Source: an uncultured Candidatus Saccharibacteria bacterium (lineage in GTDB: Bacteria > Patescibacteriota > Saccharimonadia > Saccharimonadales > Saccharimonadaceae). Taken from it: a DNA stretch of 48,833 nucleotides. Position 1 is the stretch's first letter, and every line of letters begins with the position of its first letter. The notes beneath the pieces are model-generated. The model was not told the origin of the DNA. It saw nothing but the letters and a program-made list of their open reading frames with translations, and ran no database searches. The stretch spans positions 3,821 through 52,653 of the forward strand of contig CAZAAQ010000001.1 of NCBI GenBank assembly GCA_964483505.1, written 5' to 3'. Position numbers and translations under genes: made by a program. Positions 9,591-17,214 of this stretch are shown in pieces.

Positions 9591-10901
9591 ATGAAATTAC
9601 CCGTTGTAGCAATCATTGGCCAAACAAATGCCGGCAAATCCAGCTTGTTTAACCGTATCATCCGTAAATCACAAGCCATCGTTGCACGCGAAGCGGGCAC
9701 CACACGTGATAATGTTGTCGCGAAAGTTGACAACCAATATTTACTTATCGATACCGCTGGTCTCAAAGACCCAAGTGATGAATTTGAAGCACATATTCAA
9801 GATCAAATTGACGACGCCGTTAGCTCCGCTGATTTAATTTTGCTTGCGCTTGATGGAACTAAATATCCTAACCATGACGACAAACTGATTGCCAAAAAAG
9901 CACTCAAAAGCGGCAAACCAGTTATCCTATTGCTCAACAAAAGCGATTTAGGCGAATCTTTGCCAGTTGAAGAGTTCTACAATCTTGGCGTCAAAAATCC
10001 CATCCGAGTTTCAGCTACTACTGGCACTAATATTAATGAGCTTCGGACCCAAATTATTGCCGGTCTGCGCGCCCAAGGTTTGCGGCCAATCGCCGACGAA
10101 GCAGGCGAACAGGATGATGACGTCTTACGCATTGCCTTAATCGGTCGACCAAACGTCGGGAAAAGCTCTTTATTCAATACCTTAGCCAAAAAGCAACAAG
10201 CCGTTGTAGCAGACTTATCTGGCACGACTAGAGACGTTAACCGCATCGAATTACGCTACAAAGGTCGCACTATCGAATTACTTGATACGGCTGGCCTACG
10301 CCGCCCAGGCAAACGGGAAGTGGGCATTGAAAAGTTCTCCGCAGTACGCAGTTTAGCCGCCATCCAAGAAGCCGACATTTGTTGCTTACTCGTTGATAGC
10401 ACCGAGCCACATTCAAAATTAGACCAAACTTTAGCTGGCCAAATTATCGAAGCCGGCAAAGGCATTATTATTGTTGTCACTAAAACCGATCTCGACCATG
10501 ATGATTCAGATGAAATCTTGAATAACCTCGAACGCGATTTTAATTTTATTCCGTATGCACCAGTCGTTCTGACTAGCAGCGAAACTGGCAAAAACGTCAC
10601 CAAAATCTTTGAGCTCGCTGAACAAATTGACCGCGCTCGCCACGCCGAATTGAAGACTTCCGACCTTAACAAAGTCTTAATGGCTGCCGTTGCCGCGCAC
10701 CCACCGGCTGGGCTCAAAAATACGCATCCAAAACTTCGTTACATGGTCCAAACTGATACCTGCCCACCATGGTTTGTGGTTTACGGCAGTAATCTCAGTC
10801 TTTTACACTGGAGCTACAAACGCTATCTTGAGGGATGCCTCCGCGATGCGTTTCCTTTTGAAGGTACGCCAATTTGTTTTAGCTTCCGCAACCGCGATTA
10901 A
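9591..10901 (+). CDS. der: ribosome-biogenesis GTPase Der (EngA)
   Basis: 436 aa with two tandem G domains (GQTNAGKSSLFN ... DTAG; GRPNVGKSSLFN ... DTAG) and a KH-like C-terminus. Confidence 0.92.
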   Translation: MKLPVVAIIGQTNAGKSSLFNRIIRKSQAIVAREAGTTRDNVVAKVDNQYLLIDTAGLKDPSDEFEAHIQDQIDDAVSSADLILLALDGTKYPNHDDKLIAKKALKSGKPVILLLNKSDLGESLPVEEFYNLGVKNPIRVSATTGTNINELRTQIIAGLRAQGLRPIADEAGEQDDDVLRIALIGRPNVGKSSLFNTLAKKQQAVVADLSGTTRDVNRIELRYKGRTIELLDTAGLRRPGKREVGIEKFSAVRSLAAIQEADICCLLVDSTEPHSKLDQTLAGQIIEAGKGIIIVVTKTDLDHDDSDEILNNLERDFNFIPYAPVVLTSSETGKNVTKIFELAEQIDRARHAELKTSDLNKVLMAAVAAHPPAGLKNTHPKLRYMVQTDTCPPWFVVYGSNLSLLHWSYKRYLEGCLRDAFPFEGTPICFSFRNRD

Positions 10902-10936
10902 GCATTGCGCTTCTCCTTTCGCAATCGCAATTTATC

Positions 10937-10945
10937 TGTTATAGT
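10937..10945 (+). promoter_or_regulatory. extended -10 box TGTTATAGT for the phoH-like gene (leadered)
   Basis: Possible -35 TTCGCA lies 16 nt upstream. The roughly 55-nt leader contains the hairpin CCATACCC/GGGTGATGG and the SD AGAGGAGG. Confidence 0.4.
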
Positions 10946-11007
10946 GTCCCCATACCCCTGGAGGGTGATGGCACTTTTACATTGCAAGAAAAGAGGAGGA
11001 CTATTCT

Positions 11008-12420
11008 ATGACAGATTATCATGCAACCCTAGTACCAGCATTAGACGCACTAATTGGCGATCCTAGCATTCTTATGCCAGAAGCCAGCTCCAAAAAGAAG
11101 GCCGATTTACTGTTAATACCCGCGCACTATATTCGTCGTGTCACCAGTTTTCGTGATGAAATCAGTAGCCGCGGCGAAGCATCACAGGTGTTAATCGGAT
11201 ATTTCGCCAAGATACTTGAAAAGATTCACTACAGCAAAGACAACCAATACGTCTGCGATAACGGCATGCGCATCGAATTTGTCGATGAAAAGCATTACGT
11301 CAACCGCGCCGGTGACAACAATGCTTCGTTGACTTTAGCTGCAGCCCAGTACTATAAAGAATCCAATGAGACTGCTAATCTTGCCATTCTCACCGGCGAC
11401 AACAGCATGTGTGCTTGCGCGCTGATGGGAGACATCGACGTAGCTCACATCAATCCCGAAAAGTACACCGGCCGTCGCAAGCTTGTTCTACCGCTCGATT
11501 TATATACCGCTTGGTATAAATTTGGCTATCTAACCATCGAGCAAATCAAGGAGTATTTTCCAAACGAAAAGCCATTGCTGATTAACGAGTTTGTCGAATT
11601 TGAAGTTGACGAAACTACTGCTCCGAAGAAGACCCTCGGATCACGCATCGGCCGCTTCGAAATTCCGCGTTTCAGCAACGAACCACCTTGCCTGCAGTGC
11701 CTGCATTATATCGACGACTTGCCAAACAACATTAAGCCACGCACCGCCGGTCAGGCGATGCTGCTTGAAGCACTGCTTGCGCCAGTTGACGAGATTCCTA
11801 TCGTCATCAGCCCGAGCATCTTTGGCACTGGCAAGACCTTCTGCGCCGTCGCAGTCGGCACCTATCTGACATCGGAGATTAAGAAACATCGCTATGACCA
11901 AGTCTTTGTTGTACCGCGCGACAGCTCACTGGGCAAAGAAATCGGTTTCTTGCCAGGTGACGAACGCGACAAGACCATTTCTAAAGCCATGCCAATCGTT
12001 GACAACATCAAGGCTTACGTCAAGACCAACAAAGACAAGACTAAGGGCGGCATGCCCATCAGTGGCAAGGAAGTAAAAATCAAAGTCAAGGATATCCTGG
12101 ACAACCAGTACGAATTCGTACCGATTATCAGCATGGGCGGGCGTTCCATCGCCGACTCTTGGATTATCTACGACGAAGCCCAAGACATGGAGCGTTTCCA
12201 AATCAAACAACTGATGGAGCGTATTGGCGACGGTTCAAAGATGATCATTATCGGCGATCCAGACCAAGTTTACAACACGCACATGAACGCGCAGTCTAAC
12301 GGCTTGTCTTATGCCGCTACCAAAATGGCTGGCAGTCCTTACGCCGTCGTCGTCTCTCTCGACGAAGAAGAAATCACACGTTCGACCGCTGCCCAAGAAA
12401 TCGCTAAGCGCCTGAAATAA
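11008..12420 (+). CDS. PhoH-family ATPase with N-terminal PIN-like domain (PhoH2-like)
   Basis: 470 aa with Walker A GTGKTF and Walker B IIYDEAQD. The N-terminal 150 aa look PIN-like, but the usual second acidic residue is not evident. Confidence 0.7.
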   Translation: MTDYHATLVPALDALIGDPSILMPEASSKKKADLLLIPAHYIRRVTSFRDEISSRGEASQVLIGYFAKILEKIHYSKDNQYVCDNGMRIEFVDEKHYVNRAGDNNASLTLAAAQYYKESNETANLAILTGDNSMCACALMGDIDVAHINPEKYTGRRKLVLPLDLYTAWYKFGYLTIEQIKEYFPNEKPLLINEFVEFEVDETTAPKKTLGSRIGRFEIPRFSNEPPCLQCLHYIDDLPNNIKPRTAGQAMLLEALLAPVDEIPIVISPSIFGTGKTFCAVAVGTYLTSEIKKHRYDQVFVVPRDSSLGKEIGFLPGDERDKTISKAMPIVDNIKAYVKTNKDKTKGGMPISGKEVKIKVKDILDNQYEFVPIISMGGRSIADSWIIYDEAQDMERFQIKQLMERIGDGSKMIIIGDPDQVYNTHMNAQSNGLSYAATKMAGSPYAVVVSLDEEEITRSTAAQEIAKRLK

Positions 12421-12482
12421 ATCAGAGCCTTAGCGCAACTTTGCGCTTAAACTCGCAAACGCCTCATTGCAATTCTTGCAAG

Positions 12483-12514
12483 AAAGCCGCCCCAGTACCT
12501 TGGGCGGCTTTTTC
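12483..12514 (+). terminator. intrinsic terminator after the phoH-like gene
   Basis: Hairpin AAAGCCGCCC / GGGCGGCTTT followed by TTTTT. Confidence 0.7.
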
Positions 12515-12525
12515 TTAGTGTCCTG

Positions 12526-12534
12526 TGTTAAAAT
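12526..12534 (+). promoter_or_regulatory. extended -10 box TGTTAAAAT, 6 nt upstream of pth ATG
   Basis: Read directly. No SD. Confidence 0.5.
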
Positions 12535-12540
12535 CTAGAT

Positions 12541-13062
12541 ATGAAATTAATTATCGGCTTTGGCAACCCAGGCCCAAATTATAACTTTACCCGCCATAAC
12601 TTCGGTTTTTTAGCACTCGATTTTTATGCCAAAGTGCATCAACTCAATTGGCAAACCAAACCCAAATTCTTTGCCGAAGTCGCCAAAGACGACGAACATG
12701 ATTTATTACTAATTAAACCGCAGACTTTTTATAACGATGTTGGCAACAGCATTCAGGCTGTCTGTAATTTTTATAAAATTGCCTCCACTGATATTCTAGT
12801 CATTTGTGACGACTTTAATCTAGATTTTGGCAAGTTACGTTTCCGCGAACGGGGCAGTAGTGGTGGCAATAATGGACTTAAATCAACTATTGCCGCACTT
12901 GGCACTGAAGATTTTCCGCGCTTACGACTCGGTACCGCTAATGATGAATTGCGCCGCCAAATTGGCGATGTCGATTTTGTGCTGTCACGTTTTACGGACG
13001 TCGAGCATGAGCAATTGCCACAAATTTTGCAAAACGTCACCAAATATATTGCAGAGTACTAG
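12541..13062 (+). CDS. pth: peptidyl-tRNA hydrolase
   Basis: 173 aa. The N-terminus LIIGFGNPGPNYNFTRHNFGF is the canonical Pth signature. Confidence 0.9.
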   Translation: MKLIIGFGNPGPNYNFTRHNFGFLALDFYAKVHQLNWQTKPKFFAEVAKDDEHDLLLIKPQTFYNDVGNSIQAVCNFYKIASTDILVICDDFNLDFGKLRFRERGSSGGNNGLKSTIAALGTEDFPRLRLGTANDELRRQIGDVDFVLSRFTDVEHEQLPQILQNVTKYIAEY

Positions 13063-13111
13063 TAAAATCATACTTTTATAACACATTTATTCGCGATAAC
13101 AATAAGCACTT

Positions 13112-13137
13112 TCACCCCTGTTTTATCTGTAAAACCT
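13112..13137 (+). repeat. TCACCCCTGT-tttatctg-TAAAACCT repeat, copy a
   Basis: Matches copy b on both flanks, with an internal 8-nt duplication. Confidence 0.6.
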
Positions 13138-13190
13138 TAAAAATACGCTGAAATATACAGTTGATTTTAAGAAAAAAAGTGAAAAAAGTG

Positions 13191-13219
13191 TTGACCAAAA
13201 GTCAAGTGTATGCTATAAT
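13191..13219 (+). promoter_or_regulatory. near-consensus sigma-70 promoter (TTGACC, 17-nt spacer, TGcTATAAT)
   Basis: -35 at 13191-13196, TG at 13211-13212, -10 at 13214-13219. This is the best promoter match in the window. Confidence 0.65.
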
Positions 13220-13225
13220 CCAACT

Positions 13226-13525
13226 AGTTTTGATCGATGAGGTCAAAAACCCGCACCTAAATAAATTATTCAAACTTTGCTAAATTTATTTTAGCAATTG
13301 TTGCGTGCTTTGGAAACTCTTTCGGCCTTCAAATTTCTTTTATACAATTTGAAGTGAAAAAGTATTACCTCCACTTAGAAAGTTGCTTCTAAAGCTAGCA
13401 ATCCCTTTAACCGGCGGACCCCGCGCTTTGTGAGGTGGGTCACGCTCCGGATCATCCGGTACCATGGAGGTGTGTTGAAGGGCCAAATAGCCCCAGGTGA
13501 TGCCCACCCTTACCTGGGGCTTTTT
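13226..13525 (+). ncRNA. candidate structured small RNA of about 300 nt, family unknown
   Basis: Bounded by the consensus promoter and a strong terminator, with no credible ORF. Hairpins at 13277-13297 and 13327-13354. Long-range pairing of 13366-13373 with 13465-13472. Confidence 0.45.
13489..13525 (+). terminator. intrinsic terminator of the candidate sRNA
   Basis: 10-bp stem AGCCCCAGGT / ACCTGGGGCT with a 13-nt loop, then TTTTT. Confidence 0.75.
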
Positions 13526-13574
13526 GATGGAAAATTTTTTCAATCTCTTATAACGTGCTAGACTGCAAGAAAGA

Positions 13575-13583
13575 TGTTAATAT
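13575..13583 (+). promoter_or_regulatory. extended -10 box TGTTAATAT, 7 nt upstream of topA ATG
   Basis: Read directly. It supports ATG 13591 (MSKNLVIVESPAKA) rather than the longer ORF-track start. Confidence 0.5.
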
Positions 13584-13590
13584 AAAACAC

Positions 13591-15873
13591 ATGAGTAAAA
13601 ACTTAGTCATCGTCGAGTCCCCAGCGAAAGCCCATACTATCGAGAAATATCTCGGTAGTGATTTTCAGGTCCTAGCTTCCGTCGGCCATATTCGCAAAGA
13701 CACTAAGGTTGATAAGAATACGTTCGATGTCACTTACGAAATTGACCCCGGTCATAAATCCGTTATTGCTGAACTGAAAAAAGCTGCCAAAGCTACTGAT
13801 AAAATCTGGCTCGCAACCGATGAGGACCGCGAAGGAGAAGCCATCTCTTGGCATCTTTTGCAGGTGTTAAATTTGCCAGACAGCACTGCGCGCATTACTT
13901 TCCACGAAATTACCAAAACTGCCCTTGAGAACGCCATTCAAAATCCTCGCACTGTCGATATGGATATGGTTTCTAGCCAACAAGCCCGTCAAACGCTTGA
14001 TATGCTAGTTGGTTTCGACTTGTCCGGCATCGTCCGCAAGAAAGTACCTGGTGCCATTTCCGCCGGCCGCGTGCAAAGTCCAGCGCTCCGTCTAATCGTT
14101 GAAAGGGAACAGAGCATTGAAAAATTCAACGGTAGTGCCAACTATAAAGTAACTGGCGATTTCGGCTTTGCTACTGCTCTTAATCATGATTTCGCCACTG
14201 AGGCCGAAGCGAATGATTATTTACACCAACTGGTCGGCGCCAAATACGTCGTCTCAGGCGTCATAACCACGCCTGGCGTGCGTAAACCGGCCCCGCCTTT
14301 CACCACTGCATCTATGCAAATTGAAGCCAACAGTAAGCTAGGATTTAGCACGCGTACTACCATGCAGGCCGCCCAAGCCCTTTATCAAGCCGGCTTAATT
14401 ACTTATCACCGCACCGATAGCCTAAACCTCAGTAAACAGGCCATCGCCGCCATGGCCAGCTACATTGAACAGACTTATGGCAAATCTTATTTGCGTACCC
14501 GAAATTTCCATACTAAAAGTATGAACGCGCAGGAAGCGCATGAAGCCATCCGTCCAACCAATATCAGCACCGAAGTAGCCGGCAGGAACGATTATGAACG
14601 CCGACTTTATAACCTCATTCGCGGTCGTGCTCTCGCCACACAAATGAGCGACGCCGAAATTGAAAACACTACCGCCCGCATTGCAGCTCCAGCTGATTAT
14701 TTCTTTGAAGGGAAGGGCGAAGTCGTCATCTTTGATGGCTTCCTAAAAGTCTACGGCCGTTTTAAAGAAAACAACCTGCCTAAATTAACCGCCGGCGACG
14801 CACTCAAAGCCAAAACTATTATCGCAAAACAAACTTTTGCCAAAGCTCCAGCTAGATACACTGAGGGCTCACTCGTCAAAAAACTGGAAGAACTCGGCAT
14901 TGGTCGACCAAGCACTTATGCTAGCATTATGTCTGCTATCCAAGCCCGCGGCTATGTGATTAAAGGTGAGTCAGACGGCGAAGAGCGCGATGTCCGGATA
15001 CTCAAGTTGGAAAATGACCAAATTACGGCCGAAACCGTCACCGAAAAGTTCGGCGCCAACAAGGGCAAACTTATTCCGACTCCAATCGGTGAGCTCATCT
15101 CTGGTTTTTTGACCGATAACTTTAAAAATATCGTCGACTACAAATTCACTGCTAATATTGAAAAAGATCTTGATTTAATTGCCGCGCACAAACTCGAGCG
15201 AGTCAAAATGCTACGTGATTTCTATGGACCTTTTAACGACGAAGTCCTTGCCGCCGAAGGCATTGAACGTTACAACAATGCGCGCTTGTTAGGGCACGAC
15301 CCAGAAACCGGCAAACCAATTTACGCGAAAGTCGGTAAAAACGGTGGCTTTATCCAACTCGGCGAAAACGAAAAGGAAAGTGGCGAAAAACCACGCTTTG
15401 CGCCATTGCCAAAACGCAAAAGCGTCAAAACCGTTACTCTTGAATTAGCGCTCAAGCAATTAGCGCTGCCGCAATTACCACGCGCACTTGGCACCACCAA
15501 GGATGGCGTTGAATTAATTGCCGCCTCTGGCCCATTTGGACCATATCTTAAAGCTGGCAAATACAACATTCCAATCAAAGATTTTGATCCATATACTATT
15601 ACATTAGAAGACGCGGAACCACTCTATGAAAAGAAACGCGATTCCTACATTGCAGATTGGGGCGAAATTCAAATTATCAACGGCGCATATGGCCCTTACG
15701 TAAAAGGACCTGGCCGCCGCAATAATGCGCGCATTCCAAAAGATGTCGACCCCAAGACTATAACTGAGGCTCAGGCCAAGGAGATGCTTGAGAACAAGCC
15801 TAAAACTCGGCGTCGCCCAGTCAAACGCAGTCGTGGCAAATCAACGACCAAAACCACCAAAAAAAGCGGCTAA
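13591..15873 (+). CDS. topA: DNA topoisomerase I
   Basis: Toprim N-terminus VIVESPAKA ... TDEDREGE, active-site region ITYHRTDS, basic Lys/Arg-rich C-terminal tail. Confidence 0.93.
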   Translation: MSKNLVIVESPAKAHTIEKYLGSDFQVLASVGHIRKDTKVDKNTFDVTYEIDPGHKSVIAELKKAAKATDKIWLATDEDREGEAISWHLLQVLNLPDSTARITFHEITKTALENAIQNPRTVDMDMVSSQQARQTLDMLVGFDLSGIVRKKVPGAISAGRVQSPALRLIVEREQSIEKFNGSANYKVTGDFGFATALNHDFATEAEANDYLHQLVGAKYVVSGVITTPGVRKPAPPFTTASMQIEANSKLGFSTRTTMQAAQALYQAGLITYHRTDSLNLSKQAIAAMASYIEQTYGKSYLRTRNFHTKSMNAQEAHEAIRPTNISTEVAGRNDYERRLYNLIRGRALATQMSDAEIENTTARIAAPADYFFEGKGEVVIFDGFLKVYGRFKENNLPKLTAGDALKAKTIIAKQTFAKAPARYTEGSLVKKLEELGIGRPSTYASIMSAIQARGYVIKGESDGEERDVRILKLENDQITAETVTEKFGANKGKLIPTPIGELISGFLTDNFKNIVDYKFTANIEKDLDLIAAHKLERVKMLRDFYGPFNDEVLAAEGIERYNNARLLGHDPETGKPIYAKVGKNGGFIQLGENEKESGEKPRFAPLPKRKSVKTVTLELALKQLALPQLPRALGTTKDGVELIAASGPFGPYLKAGKYNIPIKDFDPYTITLEDAEPLYEKKRDSYIADWGEIQIINGAYGPYVKGPGRRNNARIPKDVDPKTITEAQAKEMLENKPKTRRRPVKRSRGKSTTKTTKKSG

Positions 15874-15895
15874 ATAATTCTAGCCGCCTTTTTTA
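15866..15895 (+). terminator. intrinsic terminator of topA
   Basis: Hairpin GCGGCTA / TAGCCGC overlapping the stop codon, followed by CTTTTTT. Confidence 0.7.
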
Positions 15896-16059
15896 AAACG
15901 AAAAAAACGAAACATTTTTTCGATTTATTTTTTGTTAAAAAATTATTAACAGATACGTACCATAGCATAAAACATAAGCATTTTAAACTCTAATACAATT
16001 AGTTATATTTTGTGGCAAGAATGTGGTAAAATAAAACACAAGTAAAGGAATTTTACTTG

Positions 16060-16088
16060 TTGACAACATGATTTTATCATGTTAATAT
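16060..16088 (+). promoter_or_regulatory. sigma-70 promoter (TTGACA, 17-nt spacer, TGtTAATAT) with an embedded inverted repeat
   Basis: -35 at 16060-16065 and -10 at 16083-16088. The spacer is filled by the palindrome AACATGAT-ttt-ATCATGTT (16065-16083), which looks like an operator. Confidence 0.55.
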
Positions 16089-16140
16089 ATATTAAAATAA
16101 TCTATTAACCTGAGACGGGAGAGTAAGGAAAAACGATAGC

Positions 16141-17172
16141 ATGAATAATGCGGAAACAATTACTAAGGCTATTTCGAGTAGTCTAAGTATTATCGAACAA
16201 GAACGCGAAAGAGAAATCACATCCCGCCGTTTCGGTCTCAACGGACACAAAGAGACGCTTGAGCAGATCGGCGAAATGTTATCTATTACACGTGAGCGTG
16301 TACGCCAACTAGAAAAGGCTATTCTTATCCGTCTCCGTATTGCTGCCGAAGAGGGCAAAATCGCTGAACTTGCTCCCGCCGAAAAGATTATCATCCGCAA
16401 CTTGACCGAAATGGGCCGCATTGCTCGTACTTCCGATCTTGCTAAAAAAGTCCTTGGGCACGAAGCATCCGAGGTCGAAAAAGCCAACTTTAATTTCCTT
16501 GGTGAAATCTCACCAGCTCTCATCATCTTAGCCGAAAACGATAAATATCATAACGCAATTGGCATTGCCGAATATGGCGATGAAAAAGCCATCCGTGCTA
16601 AGATTGATGAAATCGTCAACTTGATTAAAACCAACAAAAAACCGATGGATCTTGATGAGCTTGATGCCAAACTCAACTACGAACACCCGAGCCACATCGA
16701 AGCCATTGCTCGTCTCAGTAAACAACTTTCCAGCCTTAACGGCCAATGGGGTTTAACTAAATGGCCAACTGTTAATCCAAAGAATATTCGTGACAAAATC
16801 TATGTTGTGCTAGAAGAGCACAAAGAACCAATGCATTTCTCCGATATTGCGAAAGCCATCAGCTCATCGGATTTCCGCCGCAAAAATGTCACTATCCAAG
16901 CTATCCACAACGAGCTCATTAAAGATTCTCGTTTTGTGCTAATCGGTCGCGGGATTTATGCACTTGATAGTTGGGGTTTTGAAAAGGGCACCGTATCTGA
17001 TATCATCATTAAAATTCTCAAGAAAGCGGGCTCAGAAGGCCTATCACGCAAAGAAATCGTCAAGCAAGTGCTCAAAGAGCGCAAAGTTAAAGAAACTACT
17101 GTTTTGCTCAATCTTCAAGACAAAAAATTGTTTACGCGAGTTGGTAAAGATTACTACAAACTTGCGGCTTAA
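16141..17172 (+). CDS. sigma-70 region 4 plus HARE-HTH-like domain DNA-binding protein (not a complete sigma factor)
   Basis: Residues 25-70, RRFGLNGHKETLEQIGEMLSITRERVRQLEKAILIRLR, match sigma region 4.2. No region 2 is present. The C-terminal half has two winged-helix segments ending RFVLIGRGIYAL and LFTRVGKDYYKL, typical of HARE-HTH. Confidence 0.7.
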   Translation: MNNAETITKAISSSLSIIEQEREREITSRRFGLNGHKETLEQIGEMLSITRERVRQLEKAILIRLRIAAEEGKIAELAPAEKIIIRNLTEMGRIARTSDLAKKVLGHEASEVEKANFNFLGEISPALIILAENDKYHNAIGIAEYGDEKAIRAKIDEIVNLIKTNKKPMDLDELDAKLNYEHPSHIEAIARLSKQLSSLNGQWGLTKWPTVNPKNIRDKIYVVLEEHKEPMHFSDIAKAISSSDFRRKNVTIQAIHNELIKDSRFVLIGRGIYALDSWGFEKGTVSDIIIKILKKAGSEGLSRKEIVKQVLKERKVKETTVLLNLQDKKLFTRVGKDYYKLAA

Positions 17173-17198
17173 TCTCTATACCGAACCCTTTACGTCTA

Positions 17199-17207
17199 TG
17201 CTAAAAT
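17199..17207 (+). promoter_or_regulatory. extended -10 box TGCTAAAAT, 7 nt upstream of ATG 17215
   Basis: Read directly. No SD. Confidence 0.45.
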
Positions 17208-17214
17208 ACTAGTT

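Noticed and set aside
13226-13525. Identity of the candidate sRNA as RNase P RNA, tmRNA, SRP/4.5S RNA, a T-box leader or a common riboswitch.
   Set aside because: It has no GGAAAGUCC / ACAGAA..GGCUUA P4 strands. It has no tRNA-like GGUUCGA T-arm with CCA end, no GGAA-tetraloop AGCAGCC helix-8 motif, and no T-box GGUGGUACCGCG core (only a GGTACC). Resemblances to RNase P segments, CCAAATAG and on the opposite strand AGGTAAGGGTG, lie on different strands. The family stays unknown.
13340-13543. A 67-aa - strand ORF inside the pth-topA intergenic region.
   Set aside because: It has no RBS or promoter. It begins inside the terminator hairpin and is antisense to a unit with a consensus promoter. 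Its composition looks like a random frame.
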